64,000 nucleotides of DNA, taken from the NCBI RefSeq assembly GCF_011745625.1, contig NW_027191464.1, forward strand, positions 248,001-312,000, written 5' to 3'. The stretch is from Cladosporium halotolerans. Lineage: Eukaryota. Every line of letters begins with the position of its first letter. The stretch's first letter is position 1. Under the pieces are notes generated by a model. It searched no databases and had not been told where the DNA came from. It was given only the letters and a program-made list of their open reading frames with translations. The translations under genes and the position numbers were made by a program. Shown piece after piece: positions 48,793 to 61,962 of this stretch.

Positions 48793-51700
48793 TATGAGAG
48801 ATCGACCTTTGTCGATAGTCGTACGAAAACGTTGAAAGGCTGTGAAAGGGTCGATGTTCTCGTCGTCGAGGGTACGTGCGTGGTTCGGGTGTTGGTGCGA
48901 TGAGGCGACAAGCACAGACAAGAATTCACAGGGCCAACGAAAATTACAATACCGCCGCACAACAGATGTCAAAAGAAGGACACAGAGTCCGGTGGGGTCG
49001 AACGGGATGGAGAGAAAGAAGACGACTGGATGGAAGAGAGGAAGGGATCGTACTTATGCCTCACCGACTCCATGCCGAGGACCCCCATGGAATCTGCTCA
49101 TAACTGCTGACCAGCATGGCACCGGGTTGAGGTTGCACACTTACAGGCAGGAGCGAAGATCTCGGGCGTCAAAAACGGGAACATGGCTAAGTTCGAGAAT
49201 TGCCATCGAGCCGTGCGGCGTTCACCTTTGCGGGCGGATGTCAGGATGTGTCTCCGGTCATGGATGAGGAGCAGGGCTCAGCAGTAGCATCAAGTGCTAG
49301 AGACTGACACAATCCGTCGCGATCGTTCCCGTTGCGGCTCGTCGAGACCGAGCGGATCGTGGGGGGCTGGCATCCGCGAGAGCTGAGTGGAGGACGTCTG
49401 GATGCCACCCCTTGCGCAAACGCAGGGCGTCGACTAGCGAGGTGCAAAGTGATCGGACTGTGGTTCGCCGTTCTTCCCCACGGCCACCGTTTGATGTCGT
49501 GTTTACGCTTGCGCCGGCAGTTCGACGGCCCAGGCGGAAAGAGCTTCCCATCATCCACGCAGCGCCCCTCAATCGACACGGCAAGCCGATGAGAGCTGCA
49601 TCGTCGTCCATGCCGCGTGGGTTCGCCGTGCACAGAGCTAGGAACTAGACGCATGGGGCCTGGCAGACCGCCTTTCCCGCGCACAGCAAACATTGGGTTG
49701 GGGCAGGCCACTCGTGCTGTCGTCGCACGGCCAAAACGGTGCTGCAGCGTCTGAAGACGCAGCGGAGGGCTTGACAGACGCTAACGCATGTGTCAAAGGC
49801 GTTGCGATCTACTCAATCATCGCGTGTCGTCAACGTCCGGCGTGCTAAGCCGACAGGCTGGCGCGGTTGATGATGCAGGCGACCGTCTTCTACGGACCGG
49901 CGTCTAGGGGCGCTGGGGGCGCGGCTAATTAATCGGTGTCGACAGCTGTTGCGTGTGATGCTAATCAATATCACCTCGGTCAACTGCGTCTGCAGCTCTC
50001 GTCAAGCGCATGTGCGGCAGCATACAGGACTGCACAGGCGAAACGTATGCAACCGAGACGGGACGAGAAGCTCAGGCACAGACAGCAGCTCCACCCTCCT
50101 GCTGTACGCTGTGGGTTCGACCAGTGTGCGCGGTCTTGGAAGAGCTGCCAGGCCTAGTGACACAGCGACATGAGACAGCAGAGTCCTGCCGTCTAGATCC
50201 AGCGCTGGAGTGTCTAGACAAAACACGGCCAGCGGGTGCAGCCGCTGCAAGATCACGACCGAACATGACCGCAAGAGATACCAATGACCAGGTTGGGTGA
50301 TTGCATGCACGCATTCTAATCGTTGCGTGTGCTGTGCATTGGCGTCGGATACCTAGGAAACCCGCGCCGACCCCGGGTCGAAGGTTCCGAGGCACGCTCC
50401 GAGAGTAAGCGCCAGAGAGCAGCAATCACAGTCGCCAGACAGGCGCTGAGGATTTGCCGAAATGCAAGCATTTCCAAAAAGACGATCGAGCATGGGGCCT
50501 GCAGGAAGAGGGCTAGGTGGACAGCCTTGGGTGCACAGCCGGACGGCGCTCGCAAGGGCATATGCCATGCACGTCTGGCAGCGGTAGCCTTGCTGTGGGT
50601 GCAGGACGCGCATGATGAGCGAGCGCGCGCCAGATCTTCCAAGCCATAAGCAGGCGGGTGATGGCGTCGCGCGCCAGGCAGAGCGGGGGGAAGCAATTGC
50701 GCGAGGTTCGAGAAGGAGGTGGAGTTACGGGAAGATGCTGGTAGCCTGCGTGCGTGCGCTGGCATTGCAGAAGACATGCGACGAAGATGCGCGTGTCTTT
50801 GTGAACGGGTTAGTCAGGCGGGCGAAGCCGTGGGGGTGATGGCAGGGGCGGTCAATCCGACAGGCGTCGTGTGTGAAGATCTGTACGTCGAGTCATGTAG
50901 AGGGGCACTTGACCTCTGCATGTGTGCGGCGATGCCGATTACCTGGATGCATCGCCGGCAGTCGGCATGCCGACGGAGCATATTTGACGGCAAGATGGCG
51001 AATTTTTGGGGTTTCACGGCGAGGGGAAGTCGTACATAGCAGGGTGCCAAGCGCGGTGCATTACCGCGGGCACTTCTTCGCCCACCCGCTCCGACAAGAC
51101 CGTACAACCGGCAATATCAATCCGGAGGTCGTATCCAGCATACGTACTCCATTCCGGCAAAAGACGGTGAAAATGCCTGGCTGCCAAACCCTAGCCCAGA
51201 CCGCGCAATCAACATCTTGTGTTACATTTGGAAGGAATAAAATCGCTCATATCGGCACGTGAGCAGATGAACGAATTTCTCGATGCCGATTTAAACCTGC
51301 AGCCATGCATCTTGCATCTCGCTAGCCGATAGTCAGAGTATCAGGCTCCTTGTAGAGATTGCAGATCATGCGAGGCACCTATCAGACGAGAACGTCAGGA
51401 CACGTGCTCTAGGGGTATTGGCGGCAGGTCACGTGATTACAGTAAGTGAAAACAGATCGAAGAAAGATTGAGCGCAACAATCTCAACGCTCAACCGCAAC
51501 GACCAAATATTGTCCTGCGTTGTGACAATCGCTCACTCACCTCATCATCGACAAGCAGCGAGCACCAGGCTGAGCCATCCCTAGCCACCAATCACACCAT
51601 ATTCACTTGACCATCGACGAACCATCGATCGATCAAACACAACACCAAGCAACAGCAGACAAAAGACAGCCCTCGTATCCCAGCATCCCCATCGAAGCAT

Positions 51701-52715
51701 CCAAAGCATCCCAAAAACCCAAAAACCAACTTGACCAACCTACAATCTCCGCAAATGGTTCAGGAACTCATCGAATACGCCCCTCGAAATGCAACACGCC
51801 AAACAGTACACATCCAAACCTCCCAATAATCCATCTAGCGTGCCTCGGCCTCCCCAGGTACCATGAGGTGAGGCAAAGATAGACAAACCAGCTTCCCCTC
51901 CCCATCACGCCCGTCACGTGCCTCGCATCACTCACGTACAAAACCTACACATAGCCCCGCGACACACAGACCGCAGCGAACGAGTAACACTCAGAAAACC
52001 TCAACTGACCGTCTATCACACGATCTCATTCTCATTGCCTCATCATACCTACCCAGCAACTTACCCACCTACCAACCCCATCCCTTCCAGCCCCAGCGTC
52101 CCACTCAAAACCGAACGATCAAAGTGAGAGAAGACCTACAAACAACTACACATAGAGAGGAAGACTTGACTTATTATTCATTCTATGCACGCATGGTTAC
52201 TTCAAGAAGAAAAAGAAAACAATGATTAAAAAGAGAAAGGACCAGAACCAGAACCAGAGAGACACGTTCCCCATTTTACCCGATTCCCATTTGGCTAAAA
52301 ACAAATAGCAAGAAGACGCAGTACAAGTGGAGCGAGCACGAAGCAGCAGCAGTGCTTATCAATCAATCGAGAGTAGTGAAAGAGTTGAAGACCAGAAAAG
52401 AATCCATTGGTGGGAGTGACTTGTGATAGTAGAGAGAGATGGATTATGATAAGAGGGAAAGACGAGAGCCAGCCGGGGACGCGCGGGTCCGGCAGCGAGA
52501 GAGAAGTGCAGCATTCGGCCCCGCGCCCTCGCGGGGGAGGGGAGCGGGGAGGGGATGTGTGTTATTAACGTCGTCGCATCACGACTAATCTTCCACCGTG
52601 TCGTGCGTGGCGGGCTTCAAATCCCGCGCTGAGTAACCGAGATGCGACTGCGCGCCCTCGTGCCGTGCTTGTCCCATGTTTGAAAGCAAAAGTGACCATT
52701 TGGGGGTCAAATTGC

Positions 52716-54054
52716 TTAGAGAAGGCCGAAGAGGACGGCGACGACACCGAGGATGCCGGTGGCGCCGGTGATCTTGAGGGTGCTGGCGGCGCTGTCGGAG
52801 CCGCCGTTGCCACCGTTGCTGCCGCTGCCAGCGTTGCCGGTGCTGGTGCCCTCAGGCTTGTCAGAGCCCTGGCCCTCGGGGTCCTCCTCCTCACCGCGGC
52901 AAGTGAAAGAACCCTTGATGACGGAGTTGTCCTTGTACTGCTGGAACTCAGAGCAGGCCTCGTCGAGGTTCTGGTTGGACTGGAGGTTGAAGGCACCACG
53001 GACGTCGTTGAGCTTGGGGAAGTCGGCGCTGAAAATGCTGTTAGACGATTGCGCGGTATTGGAGAGAACGGGCGAGAAAACTTACGTGTCAATGGCATCA
53101 CCGTACATGTCGAGGGCACCACCAACGGTCTCGAGCTCGGGGAAGGCGCTAACGTCGGCGAGCTTGGTGTTGTTCTGGATGGACAGACCGCCACCGACAG
53201 TGGTGAGCTGGGGGAAGGAGATGTTGGTAACGGCCTCGTTGCCGGAGATGGCGAGAGTGGCACCGACGTCAGTCAGGTTGGGGAGACGGAGGCTCTCGAA
53301 GAAGTTGCTGCCGAAGAGAAGGGAGTTGTTGACGGAGGCGAGCGAGGGCATGCTGATGGTAGAGGCGTTGTTGATCTCAATGGACTTGCCCCACTGCAGG
53401 TTGGGGAAGGTGGCGGAGACGTTGCGGCCGTTGGCGTAGATCCTGAGGGACTCGCTGACATTGCCGAGCTGCATGGTGATATCGTCGAGGTAGCCGTTGT
53501 TCTGGATGTTGATCTCGTCGGCGACCTGGAGGTCAATGCCCTCGAGGGAGCTCAGGTAGGTGTTGACGATGGAGACGACACCAGCCTTCTGGACCTTGTT
53601 GGTGAAGGAGAGGCCCTGAAGACCGGGCAGACCCTCCCACTCGATCTGGTCAACCTCGTTGAGCTGGGGGAAGTTGAGGTTGGAGAGAATCTCGCAGGTC
53701 ATCAGGCTGAAGGAACCACCGATGCGCTCGAGGCTGTCAGCGGAGATGGAGGTGATCTCGGAGACGTTGTTGGCGACAAGGTCGCCGGTGATGGCACGGA
53801 CGCCATTGAGCTGGATGTTGTCGGTGGTGCCGGTGGCAATGGCGACGCTGCCAGAGAAGGTGGTGCAGGCGGCGAGGCCAGAGGCGTCACCCTGGTTCTG
53901 GATGGTGGTGGTGGCGGCGCTGCAAGACTGAGCTGGGGAGCTGTCAGCGAGCTGCTCTTGGACGGAGCTTTTCGCGTGGTGTCCGCGTGTTTCTGCTCTT
54001 ACCTGCCACACGGCCAGCGACGGCCACAACGGGCGCGAGGTACTTGAAGGACAT
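52716..54054 (-). CDS. ECM33: GPI-anchored cell wall protein Ecm33 (receptor L-domain repeats); exons 54054-54003, 53932-53086, 53028-52716
   Basis: Signal peptide MSFKYLAPVVAVAGRVAA, CTTFSGSV, repeated (F/L)PxLxxVGG units, ANGRN, DVRGAFNLQS, Ser/Gly stalk, hydrophobic GPI tail (GILGVVAVLFGLL*). Confidence 0.95.
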
Positions 54055-54079
54055 TTTTGAAATTACGGGTCGTGGATAA

Positions 54080-54290
54080 CTGTTGGGAGCTGTCAGAGCG
54101 GGTTCGTTGAGGAGGTGCGGCAGCTTCGGAGGTGGAATAGGGGCGGATTTCGAGCGAGGCGGCGGGCGATGGAGGCGGTGATGCGAGGGCGTTTGGCGTG
54201 CTTGTTGCAAGTGACGATGGAGATGCGGCGCTCGATTGACGCGTGTTTGTGGTGCGGTGACTGTCGTCCCGGCGGGCGGCGGATACTGAC
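54080..54290 (-). other. Probable 5'-UTR intron of ECM33 (211 nt)
   Basis: CAG|GTCAGT donor at 54290; CTGAC branch and CCCAACAG acceptor ending at 54080, 25 nt before the ATG. Confidence 0.65.
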
Positions 54291-57200
54291 CTGGGTATAG
54301 TAAAGCTGCTGCGCGAGACTGGCGACTCGGTGGATAGCCAATGGATGGTCTTCAAGGGCGCGGGCGGGGTGTGAACGAAGGGAGCACAGCGAGTGTAGGA
54401 GCCAGAGGCAGTCGAGTATGTGCGGAGTGAAGAAGAGAAGAGGAAGCAAACACCAAGCCAAGGTAAGGTACGGGAGCGAGAGAAGGTGCACGACGGGCGA
54501 GCGTGGCTGCTACAGGAACGGGGGCAGCTTTTGGGGAGGAGGCCGGGAAAGAAGGGGCGAGGGTTGGGCCGGTGCATTGGCCGCCGCGCGTCGTGCCCGA
54601 CACCCGGCTAGTGCGCGCGCGCTAGGCCTCAGTCATCCTGGCCGCGCTGCTCCAACGGCCTGAGGTGCGCGGTGCGAGTGCCCACCACAATCGAGGCTCA
54701 CACGGCTCGTCACTCGCCAACACCACCATTCTCCGGAGGCAGATGCGCTGCCAGTCTCCACCCTCCCGTGCATGGCCCTCACGCACACGCCCGCTGAAAC
54801 GGCGCAGGTCACCGAGCCCATGCTGCCACGGGAGCCGCGCGATCGCTGGTAGCGCTGCGCCAGTGGCGGCCTGCCGCTCCCTCTGCATGTGTTACAGGCC
54901 TGCGTGTGTACAGTATAACGAACGATGCAGTCGGCCCGCTCGTCGCCAGAACGACTCGCCTGGGCACGGCATGGCAGTGGCGAATGCCATGCTGGATGCG
55001 CCGCGGAGAGCTGCAGCTAGGAAGTACTACGAGCTGGTCTCCCACGACGCTCGACCACCTGCACATGAGGTAGCCCCAAGCAACACAGTAACCACCATCA
55101 AGACAACATTCAACACCACGTCCGTCCGCAAATTGACGCCTCGCTCGTCCCACGCCGCCAGATTTGATTGACGGACCGCACTGACTGCGCGATCAGCCAG
55201 CAGCCACTCACGCGCCGCGCTGCCTCGCGGCTCGCCCCAAACAGGCATGATGAGGTACACGATCGCAGAGCCGCGGTCGAATCAAGCCGCGCCGGCGTGG
55301 CCCAGCCGAAACGCCGTCGAAGACCGTCTCTCTGCAATCACCTCCCCTGCAGCCACCGAGCCACCCAATCTCGCATGGCCCATCTACTCGAATCCCATCA
55401 TCATGCTCCTCTAATCCCAGCGTGTCAATCATCTGCCGCTTATCAACTCGCCCACGCCCTCCCTCGAGTCACTAATCATCCAAGCACGCCCCTCCCCGCG
55501 TCGCAATAATCTCGCCTGTCGTTCATCATAAGCTCCGCCATGCATTGTCCTCAACCCCACGCCGCAGCCAGCGCGATGGGGCGCCCAGCAGGAATTGTCG
55601 GGGTGGCAAGGTGGAGCTTCGCCAAACTCTCTTTCGCTTTCTGTTGATAGATCTTCGTCTGTTGTGTCTGCGAATAATTACAAGCCCACGGACGGCTCCG
55701 ACGCACCCTCCAGCACCAGGCGGCCTGCCTGCCTTAACCCTAACCAATGCCCGCCAGCGTCTCTTTGATGATCTGCACGCGACACAGCAATAATCCTGCC
55801 CGCCCGCCTGCGTCGCACGCGCGGACGGCCAACACTGGCACGAAGGCTTGAAGCCGAAACTCGATGTCTCGCAGCAATTCGCCTAAAGCTTGCCGCTCCA
55901 TGGCATGTGCCCAGCGAGCTTGAGCACCGTCGAGTCTCCATCCCCATGCCGTTCCCGACGAGCCAAAAATGTCCGCTCCGACGAGTGTGCAGATCGCGAT
56001 TATGCTCGCCACCGAGTCCCGCGCGGCGTTGGCGAACTCTCACGGCTGAGCAGAGCGAGAGACAGACAGTCGCGCCGGCCGTCAAAGCTTGACTCGTTCG
56101 TTTCACAGCGCTACCGCGGCCGTGCCGGCCAACGGCCACCCCCGAGCGGCCGCGCGGAAAAGCGAGCGAGGTGATGATGGGCGCCGGCTTTTTTGCTCCT
56201 CTGATCAACTGTGGGGTGGGGACTTCTGCTGCGAGCTGCTGCAGCGCCGTTTTGTCCGTCAGTCCGCCCGCGATAAGGTAAACAAACATCCGCTTGCGGG
56301 CGTGGACAGGCCTCGTGTGAAGGTCGCTCGTCGCTTGCTACCTCACAACACTGCTATCGCTCACCATTGGGGCGCCTGCCCAGGACAGCTATAGCTACAG
56401 CTCGCAGCTCCCGCAGCACAAGAGCTCCCCCAACCCACCCACCCAGCTCGGCATTTGGCTTCGCCTCGATCTCGTATCGGCCCAGTACGTACCGCCCGGC
56501 GCCCGGCAGTGCAGTCTAGGAGAACGAAGCCGAGCGCTGCGATTGTAGCACGCCAGTCGTAGAGAGCGTGTGGCAACTGGCGTCACAAGCAAAAAGAAGA
56601 AGGCATGTCCAATCTGCACGCCGAGCCAGCCAGCCGGGCCTTTTTAGTCATTATAGCCGTTTCCTGCCAGGCTGCTCGCGCGGCTTGCGGGACTTGATTA
56701 GAGTTCTTCTACGCCAGCTTCCAGCAGGAATCGGGAGGGCGGATTCCTTGCTTTGCTGTACTGTGCATACAGGTGTGACGTGGCATTGGCGGGTGGCGGC
56801 GCTCCTTTATTTGTCAATGTTAATGCATGTCGGCTAAGCAGGATGGCGAATCTTGAGTTTGGGGTTGGCTTGGTTGTTGGTGATGGGTGAGGTCCTTGGT
56901 ACCGGTACTGGAGTTGCTTGCTGGTGGATCGAGATACCTGCAGGGTGTCTGGCCTGATACAGTACTTTGTCGTGAGTGCTCGTGCTCAGCTGTCACGCGA
57001 CAGATGGCATTCTTTGTTGGAGTGCTGTCACGTGGCTGTCAGCAAGGAGTACGTCGTGTTGTCTTTCTCTGCGTGGCGGACAGAATCTAAGCGAGGTGTA
57101 GTTGTCTTTCGGGCGAGCCACGAGATGGATGAATTCCCTCAGGAAGCCGTGAAGAGTACACAAAACACTCGCTAATTCATGTAATTGTTGTTGGAAATGC

Positions 57201-57386
57201 CCATTCTCAGCATAGCTACATATGGAGCCGATGCGCAAAGATCCTGAAAATCACCATCTTGCCGCAAAGACGCCCATGTCTTTTGCCCAATGCCATCCCA
57301 AATTCCACCGCCCAACCCCTCGCGTCCAATCAGCGTCCCGCAATCCCATCCAACCTCACTTCTACTTGCACCCAATTATACACAAG

Positions 57387-58558
57387 ATGCCACCCCGTCT
57401 CCGGCCGCATTTACGGCCTAGCAAACCATCATGGCAGTCCACGATCATCTCAATAAGATGGTCCAGCACATCTGCAAAAGCCCATGAGCCCCTCCGCATC
57501 CTCTTCTGCGGCGCCGACGCCTTCAGCATCCCCTCCCTCCACGCCCTCCACAACCTCCACAAACGCCGCCCAGACAAAATCGCCAGCATCGACGTCGTCT
57601 GCAAACCCGACGCCCGCGTCGGCCGCGGCCTCAAACAAATCCAAGAAGGTACGCAAGCCCCCCTCCCACCACCACCAACAGCAGCGCCACCCAGCTCTCC
57701 CAAACCCAATATAACCCATAAATCTGACTAACTCCAAAAACAAAAGTCCCCATAAAATCCCACGCCGCCGCCCTCTCCCTCCCCCTCCACCAACTCCCCA
57801 CCTTCACCCGCTGGACGCCCCCCACCCCGCCAAACCTCATCATAACCGTCTCCTTCGGCCTCCTCGTGCCATCGCGCCTCCTCTCCGCTGCAACCTACGG
57901 CGGCCTGAACCTCCACCCCTCCCTGCTCCCGGACCTCCGCGGGCCCGCGCCGCTCCAGCACGCTCTGCTGAAGAGGAGGCGGAGCACGGGCGTCAGTCTG
58001 CAGACGATGCACCCGACGGAGTTCGATCGGGGGGTTGTGCTGGCGCGGTCGGGGAGGGTGGGGATTCCTGCTGACGCGCGCTGGCAGGGACTTTTGGAGA
58101 CGCTGGCGCCGTTGGGGGCGGAGGTGCTGGTTAGGGGGCTGGAGGAGGGGGTGTTTGTGCCGCCTTTGGTGGGGTTGGGGGCCGAGGACGTGGATGGAGG
58201 GGAGCTGGCGCATGCGCCGAAGATCACGCCGGAGAATCGGAGGGTGCTGTGGGGGGTTTGGGGCGCGGAGGAGGTGGTGCTGAGGGATAGGGTGCTTGGG
58301 AGGTTGTGGGTGGGGAGTTTGGAGGGGAGGACGGGGAGGGCGGTGTTTGCGGGGCCGTGGAGGGTTGTGGAGGGTGAGGTGGGAGGGGTGGAGGCTGGGA
58401 GGGCGGTCTTGGTTCCTGGTGTTGGGGGTGTGGGGGAGGAGGTTGGGTTTGGGACTGCGGATGGGAAGGTTGTGGTCCCTGCTGGGATTACGATTGATGG
58501 TGGGAAAAAGGGGCAGGGAGGGAGAGTGGTGATCGAGATGCTGAAGGGGAAGAGGTAG
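57387..58558 (+). CDS. FMT1: Mitochondrial methionyl-tRNA formyltransferase; exons 57387-57648, 57747-58558
   Basis: Arg-rich presequence, PLRILFCGADAFS, GRGLKQIQE-VPIK, VSFGLLVP, GLNLHPSLLPDLRGPAP, TGVSLQTMHPTEFDRG, HAPKI; intron GTACGC...CTAAC...AAG. Confidence 0.93.
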
Positions 58559-58912
58559 GGCTTGAGGTTGTGAAGCGGCTGTAACAATATCGGAGATTGT
58601 AAGAATAGAGGTCGGTTTGAGCTAGATGGTGGTCTGCCATGCCACTGTGCTATGAAATGTATCATTAGAGAAGCACCAGTATTTCCGACAGCAGTAAGCC
58701 AATTCATGCCATGCAGTTCACTCGTCCCATCCTACAAAAGAGTATACATAAAGGACATTCAAAAAGCCAGCGCTCGCGATCCTCGCGCGCAAGCAAGGAG
58801 GGGTATCGTGCGCCATGCCACAGTAACAACAAAAATAAATGAGAGTCCCAGCCTTCGCCGTCACAACAATCCCACACCCTCTACCCTCTATCCCACCACA
58901 AACAAGACCCAC

Positions 58913-61132
58913 TCACAACCCAATCCTAACAACCCAATCATAAATCCCCAAGAAAACCCACCTCCTCAGCCCCTGCACCCTCCACACCACCGTCCCCAGC
59001 ACCACCAACACAACCGTCGCCGCCATCGTCCACAGCAACCCAACCGGCACCTCCCTCTCCCGCCCTTCTTCGGGCATCAGCTCTGGACTCTCCGAAATCC
59101 GAAAACTGCTCCCGCCGAACAAGTCCTCCAGCCCCGTCGCCTGCGCCGCCGCGTCGGCCGGCAAGTGCCACGCCGAGGGCCGCAGGTCGAGGTTCCCGCG
59201 CGTGCGGGCAGCCGCGGGGGAGAAATCGGAGTGGACGGAGTGCGCGTCGTCGTCGTCGGCGGCGGCGGCGAGGCGCGCGGAGCGCCGGCGGCTGGGCGTG
59301 CTGGGGTCTGTGGCTGTGGCTGTGGAGCGGGAGTTGGTTCGGTTGAACGGCTTGCCCTTGTCGATGCCCGCGCGCATCTGCTCGAGGAAGTTCTTCTGCT
59401 GCGTGACGGGCGGCTCTTTGAAGCTCGGCACCTGGCTGACGGGGTTGCGCAGGCGGCGCTCCATGCTCATGGGGGCCTGGGGCAGGCGGCCGCGGAAGGG
59501 GTTTTGCTCGGCGGGCGGGTTGTAAGCCAGTTTCGCGGCGTTCTGGGCGGCGATCAATTTCGAGCGCTCCGTCTGCGCGCGCATGTCGTCTTCGATGCTG
59601 AACAGGTTGCTGCGCATGTCTTCCCAGCCTTTGGGCGAGGGCGCACCGAAGCGGCGGGAGGCGGCGGGGGCTTCGCGGGGTTGGCGGCCGGTGGCGGTCG
59701 CGGCGTAGGGGTTGTAGGTGCGGGTGTCGGGGGCGCCGGGCATGCGGGATTGCGGTTGCGCGGGGGAAGTGAAGTCGAGGTCCATGGGGTCTTCGACTGT
59801 CGAGTCGGAGCCCTGCGGTGAGGGCGGTGGGCCGCCGGATTGGCGGGTGTAGATGTGGGATCCGTAGGTGGAGCGCTGGGGTGCGAGGGAGCTGATGGGG
59901 AAGGGCTCTTTGTGCTTTTTGGCGTGGATGTCGAAGGGGAGTTTGGTGGAGGCTTGCGGCGTGTGTTTCTCCATCGCCGGACCGGCGTACTGGCCTAGGA
60001 CGTCCTGGTCCTCGGGCTTCGGCATCATCTTGTTGTTCAGCCGCCACTTGTGGATCTGTATCGAGCGCCTGCTGAGCCATTGCCCGCCCAAAATCACCGC
60101 AATCGTCGCGCAGTGAACCGCCACGATCTGCGACCATTTCATCTGACTGAGTCGCGACTCGTCCGAAAGCCCCAGATACGCTCCCGTCCTGACCGCCGTA
60201 ACCATAAACTGAATCCAGAAGTGCTGCGTCTGCCCCGTAATCCGATCGTAGCGCACCATCGGGTTGTAGTACGCCCTCAAACCGTGGTTATACCAGATCA
60301 AACACAGATTCACCAACAGCATAGCCGGAACCCAAGCGCCCAGCAAATCCCAACAACCACTCTCAACCCTCCCCCTCCCCAACCCCGCCAAACACCCCCT
60401 CACCGTCGCCTGCACCGCCTCCTCCTCTTCCTCCCCAAAAACCAACCCCTCCCCTCCCCGCAACCCCCTCCCAAAAACCCCCTCCCTCACACCCCCCAAA
60501 TGCCACCCAACCTGCCCCACCACACACCCCCACCTCACCGCCCCCAACGCCCCCAGCAGAACCCTCATCCCCCTCTTCCCCCACCCATCCCTCCCCTGCT
60601 CAACCCCCCTCCCACGACCCCCCCTCCTCCTCCTCTCCCGCAAATGCGCCTTGTTCAAATTATCCGTGACGCTGAAGTAATCCGCGCGGTTGATCCGCGC
60701 CTGCGCCTTGGGCGCGCACGCCGTGCAGATCTGCGGGTAGCGCTTCTCGAGCGCGGCGCGCCAGGCGGGCAGGGCGCGCTCGTAGGCGGCGTAGGAAGGG
60801 TGCGTCTCGGGCGGCAGGTAGTTGGCCAGCGAGGAGGTGTAGACGGCTTGGTTGTGCTGGCAGGTGGAGCAGAAGATTTGCTGCTGGTCTGAGGAGGTGG
60901 AGGCGCTAGGGGGAGCTTGCCGGGATGAGGGGGGCGAGGAGGTGCTGGAGGTGGTGGTGTCGTGCGGCGTGTCGAGGATGTGGCCGGCGGCGTCGAGGTG
61001 GTTGATTGCTTCGCAGGAGGGGCATTGGAAGGAGGGCGGCGGGGCGGAGAGTTTGGCGTGCGGCGAGCGGGCGCCGCAGAAGTGGCAGGCGATGCGGGTG
61101 AAGGGGAGGAGGGTGGTGAGGAGCGCGGCCAT
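58913..61132 (-). CDS. ima1: Inner nuclear membrane protein Ima1 (Ima1_N zinc-binding domain + TM helices), 739 aa
   Basis: CHFCG...CPSCEAIN, IFCSTCQHNQ...NYLP...LEKRYPQICTAC; central TM segments; TGLEDLF...F and a C-terminal TM. Confidence 0.88.
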   Translation of the reverse strand: MAALLTTLLPFTRIACHFCGARSPHAKLSAPPPSFQCPSCEAINHLDAAGHILDTPHDTTTSSTSSPPSSRQAPPSASTSSDQQQIFCSTCQHNQAVYTSSLANYLPPETHPSYAAYERALPAWRAALEKRYPQICTACAPKAQARINRADYFSVTDNLNKAHLRERRRRGGRGRGVEQGRDGWGKRGMRVLLGALGAVRWGCVVGQVGWHLGGVREGVFGRGLRGGEGLVFGEEEEEAVQATVRGCLAGLGRGRVESGCWDLLGAWVPAMLLVNLCLIWYNHGLRAYYNPMVRYDRITGQTQHFWIQFMVTAVRTGAYLGLSDESRLSQMKWSQIVAVHCATIAVILGGQWLSRRSIQIHKWRLNNKMMPKPEDQDVLGQYAGPAMEKHTPQASTKLPFDIHAKKHKEPFPISSLAPQRSTYGSHIYTRQSGGPPPSPQGSDSTVEDPMDLDFTSPAQPQSRMPGAPDTRTYNPYAATATGRQPREAPAASRRFGAPSPKGWEDMRSNLFSIEDDMRAQTERSKLIAAQNAAKLAYNPPAEQNPFRGRLPQAPMSMERRLRNPVSQVPSFKEPPVTQQKNFLEQMRAGIDKGKPFNRTNSRSTATATDPSTPSRRRSARLAAAADDDDAHSVHSDFSPAAARTRGNLDLRPSAWHLPADAAAQATGLEDLFGGSSFRISESPELMPEEGREREVPVGLLWTMAATVVLVVLGTVVWRVQGLRRWVFLGIYDWVVRIGL

Positions 61133-61962
61133 TTGCGCTGCGCGGATGGCGGTCGTGGTTGGTTTTGGGTTGTTGCCAGGCTGTGGGTTGATTGTTTGGT
61201 GGTTCGTTTTGGTGTTAAAGTATTTGTCGTAGACGAGAAGAGACAGCGTGTTGATTAGCGCCGGCGTGGTGCGAGTGGATTATTGCGCGAGTTGGATGCA
61301 TGCGACGAAGCGGTTTCTTTGTTGATCGGCGCTGGAAATAGCGGCGTTTTGAGTCGAGTTTCAGGGTCGGCTGCTGCTTGCAGCCTCAGGCACAATGAGG
61401 AAGTGAAGGCAGGCAGCCGTGAAATTCAAGGTAACCTCAACCCTCAATGCAACCTTCACTGGTCTCGTTTGCGCACTTGAATGACGATGCTCTACCTAGC
61501 AGTGAATTCAAGAAAAACCAGTGTCTTCGACACGCACTTGTGAATCTCAATCATACTCGCCGAGGCCAAATCCAAAGCCTTCAAGCAGTTCCAATATTTC
61601 ATTCAAAGGCAATCCTGTATCGCCATTCACTACTGTAACAATCTTAGAGGTAGCCAGCAGACTCCCGGCTGGATGCAACCCAATCATGACATCAACGCCT
61701 TTCCCAAAAACAATCGCCTGTCCGTGACCCAACCGAAAAAGCCTGCCTCTAGCACAGAGCAGATCCGAGCCCGTCCGTCCAATGCAATCCCCAGTTCCCA
61801 ATTCACAGAGTCCACCAGCGCCGACGCTGAAAAGACGATTCTCACGATAACAACGAAAGCGCAATTTTCTTCCAATCCACCCGTTAATTCGGCGGCTTCT
61901 CTTGGCCGCTCGCGTAAACTCAAAGCTCCATGAAAGAGCTGACTGCTTTCCTTCCGGATTAA

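Noticed and set aside
58938..60137. Same-strand alternative-frame ORF of 399 aa inside ima1 (also 6855..7814 inside the MFS gene)
   Set aside because: Arg/Pro/Ala-rich translation typical of off-frame reading of GC-rich CDS.
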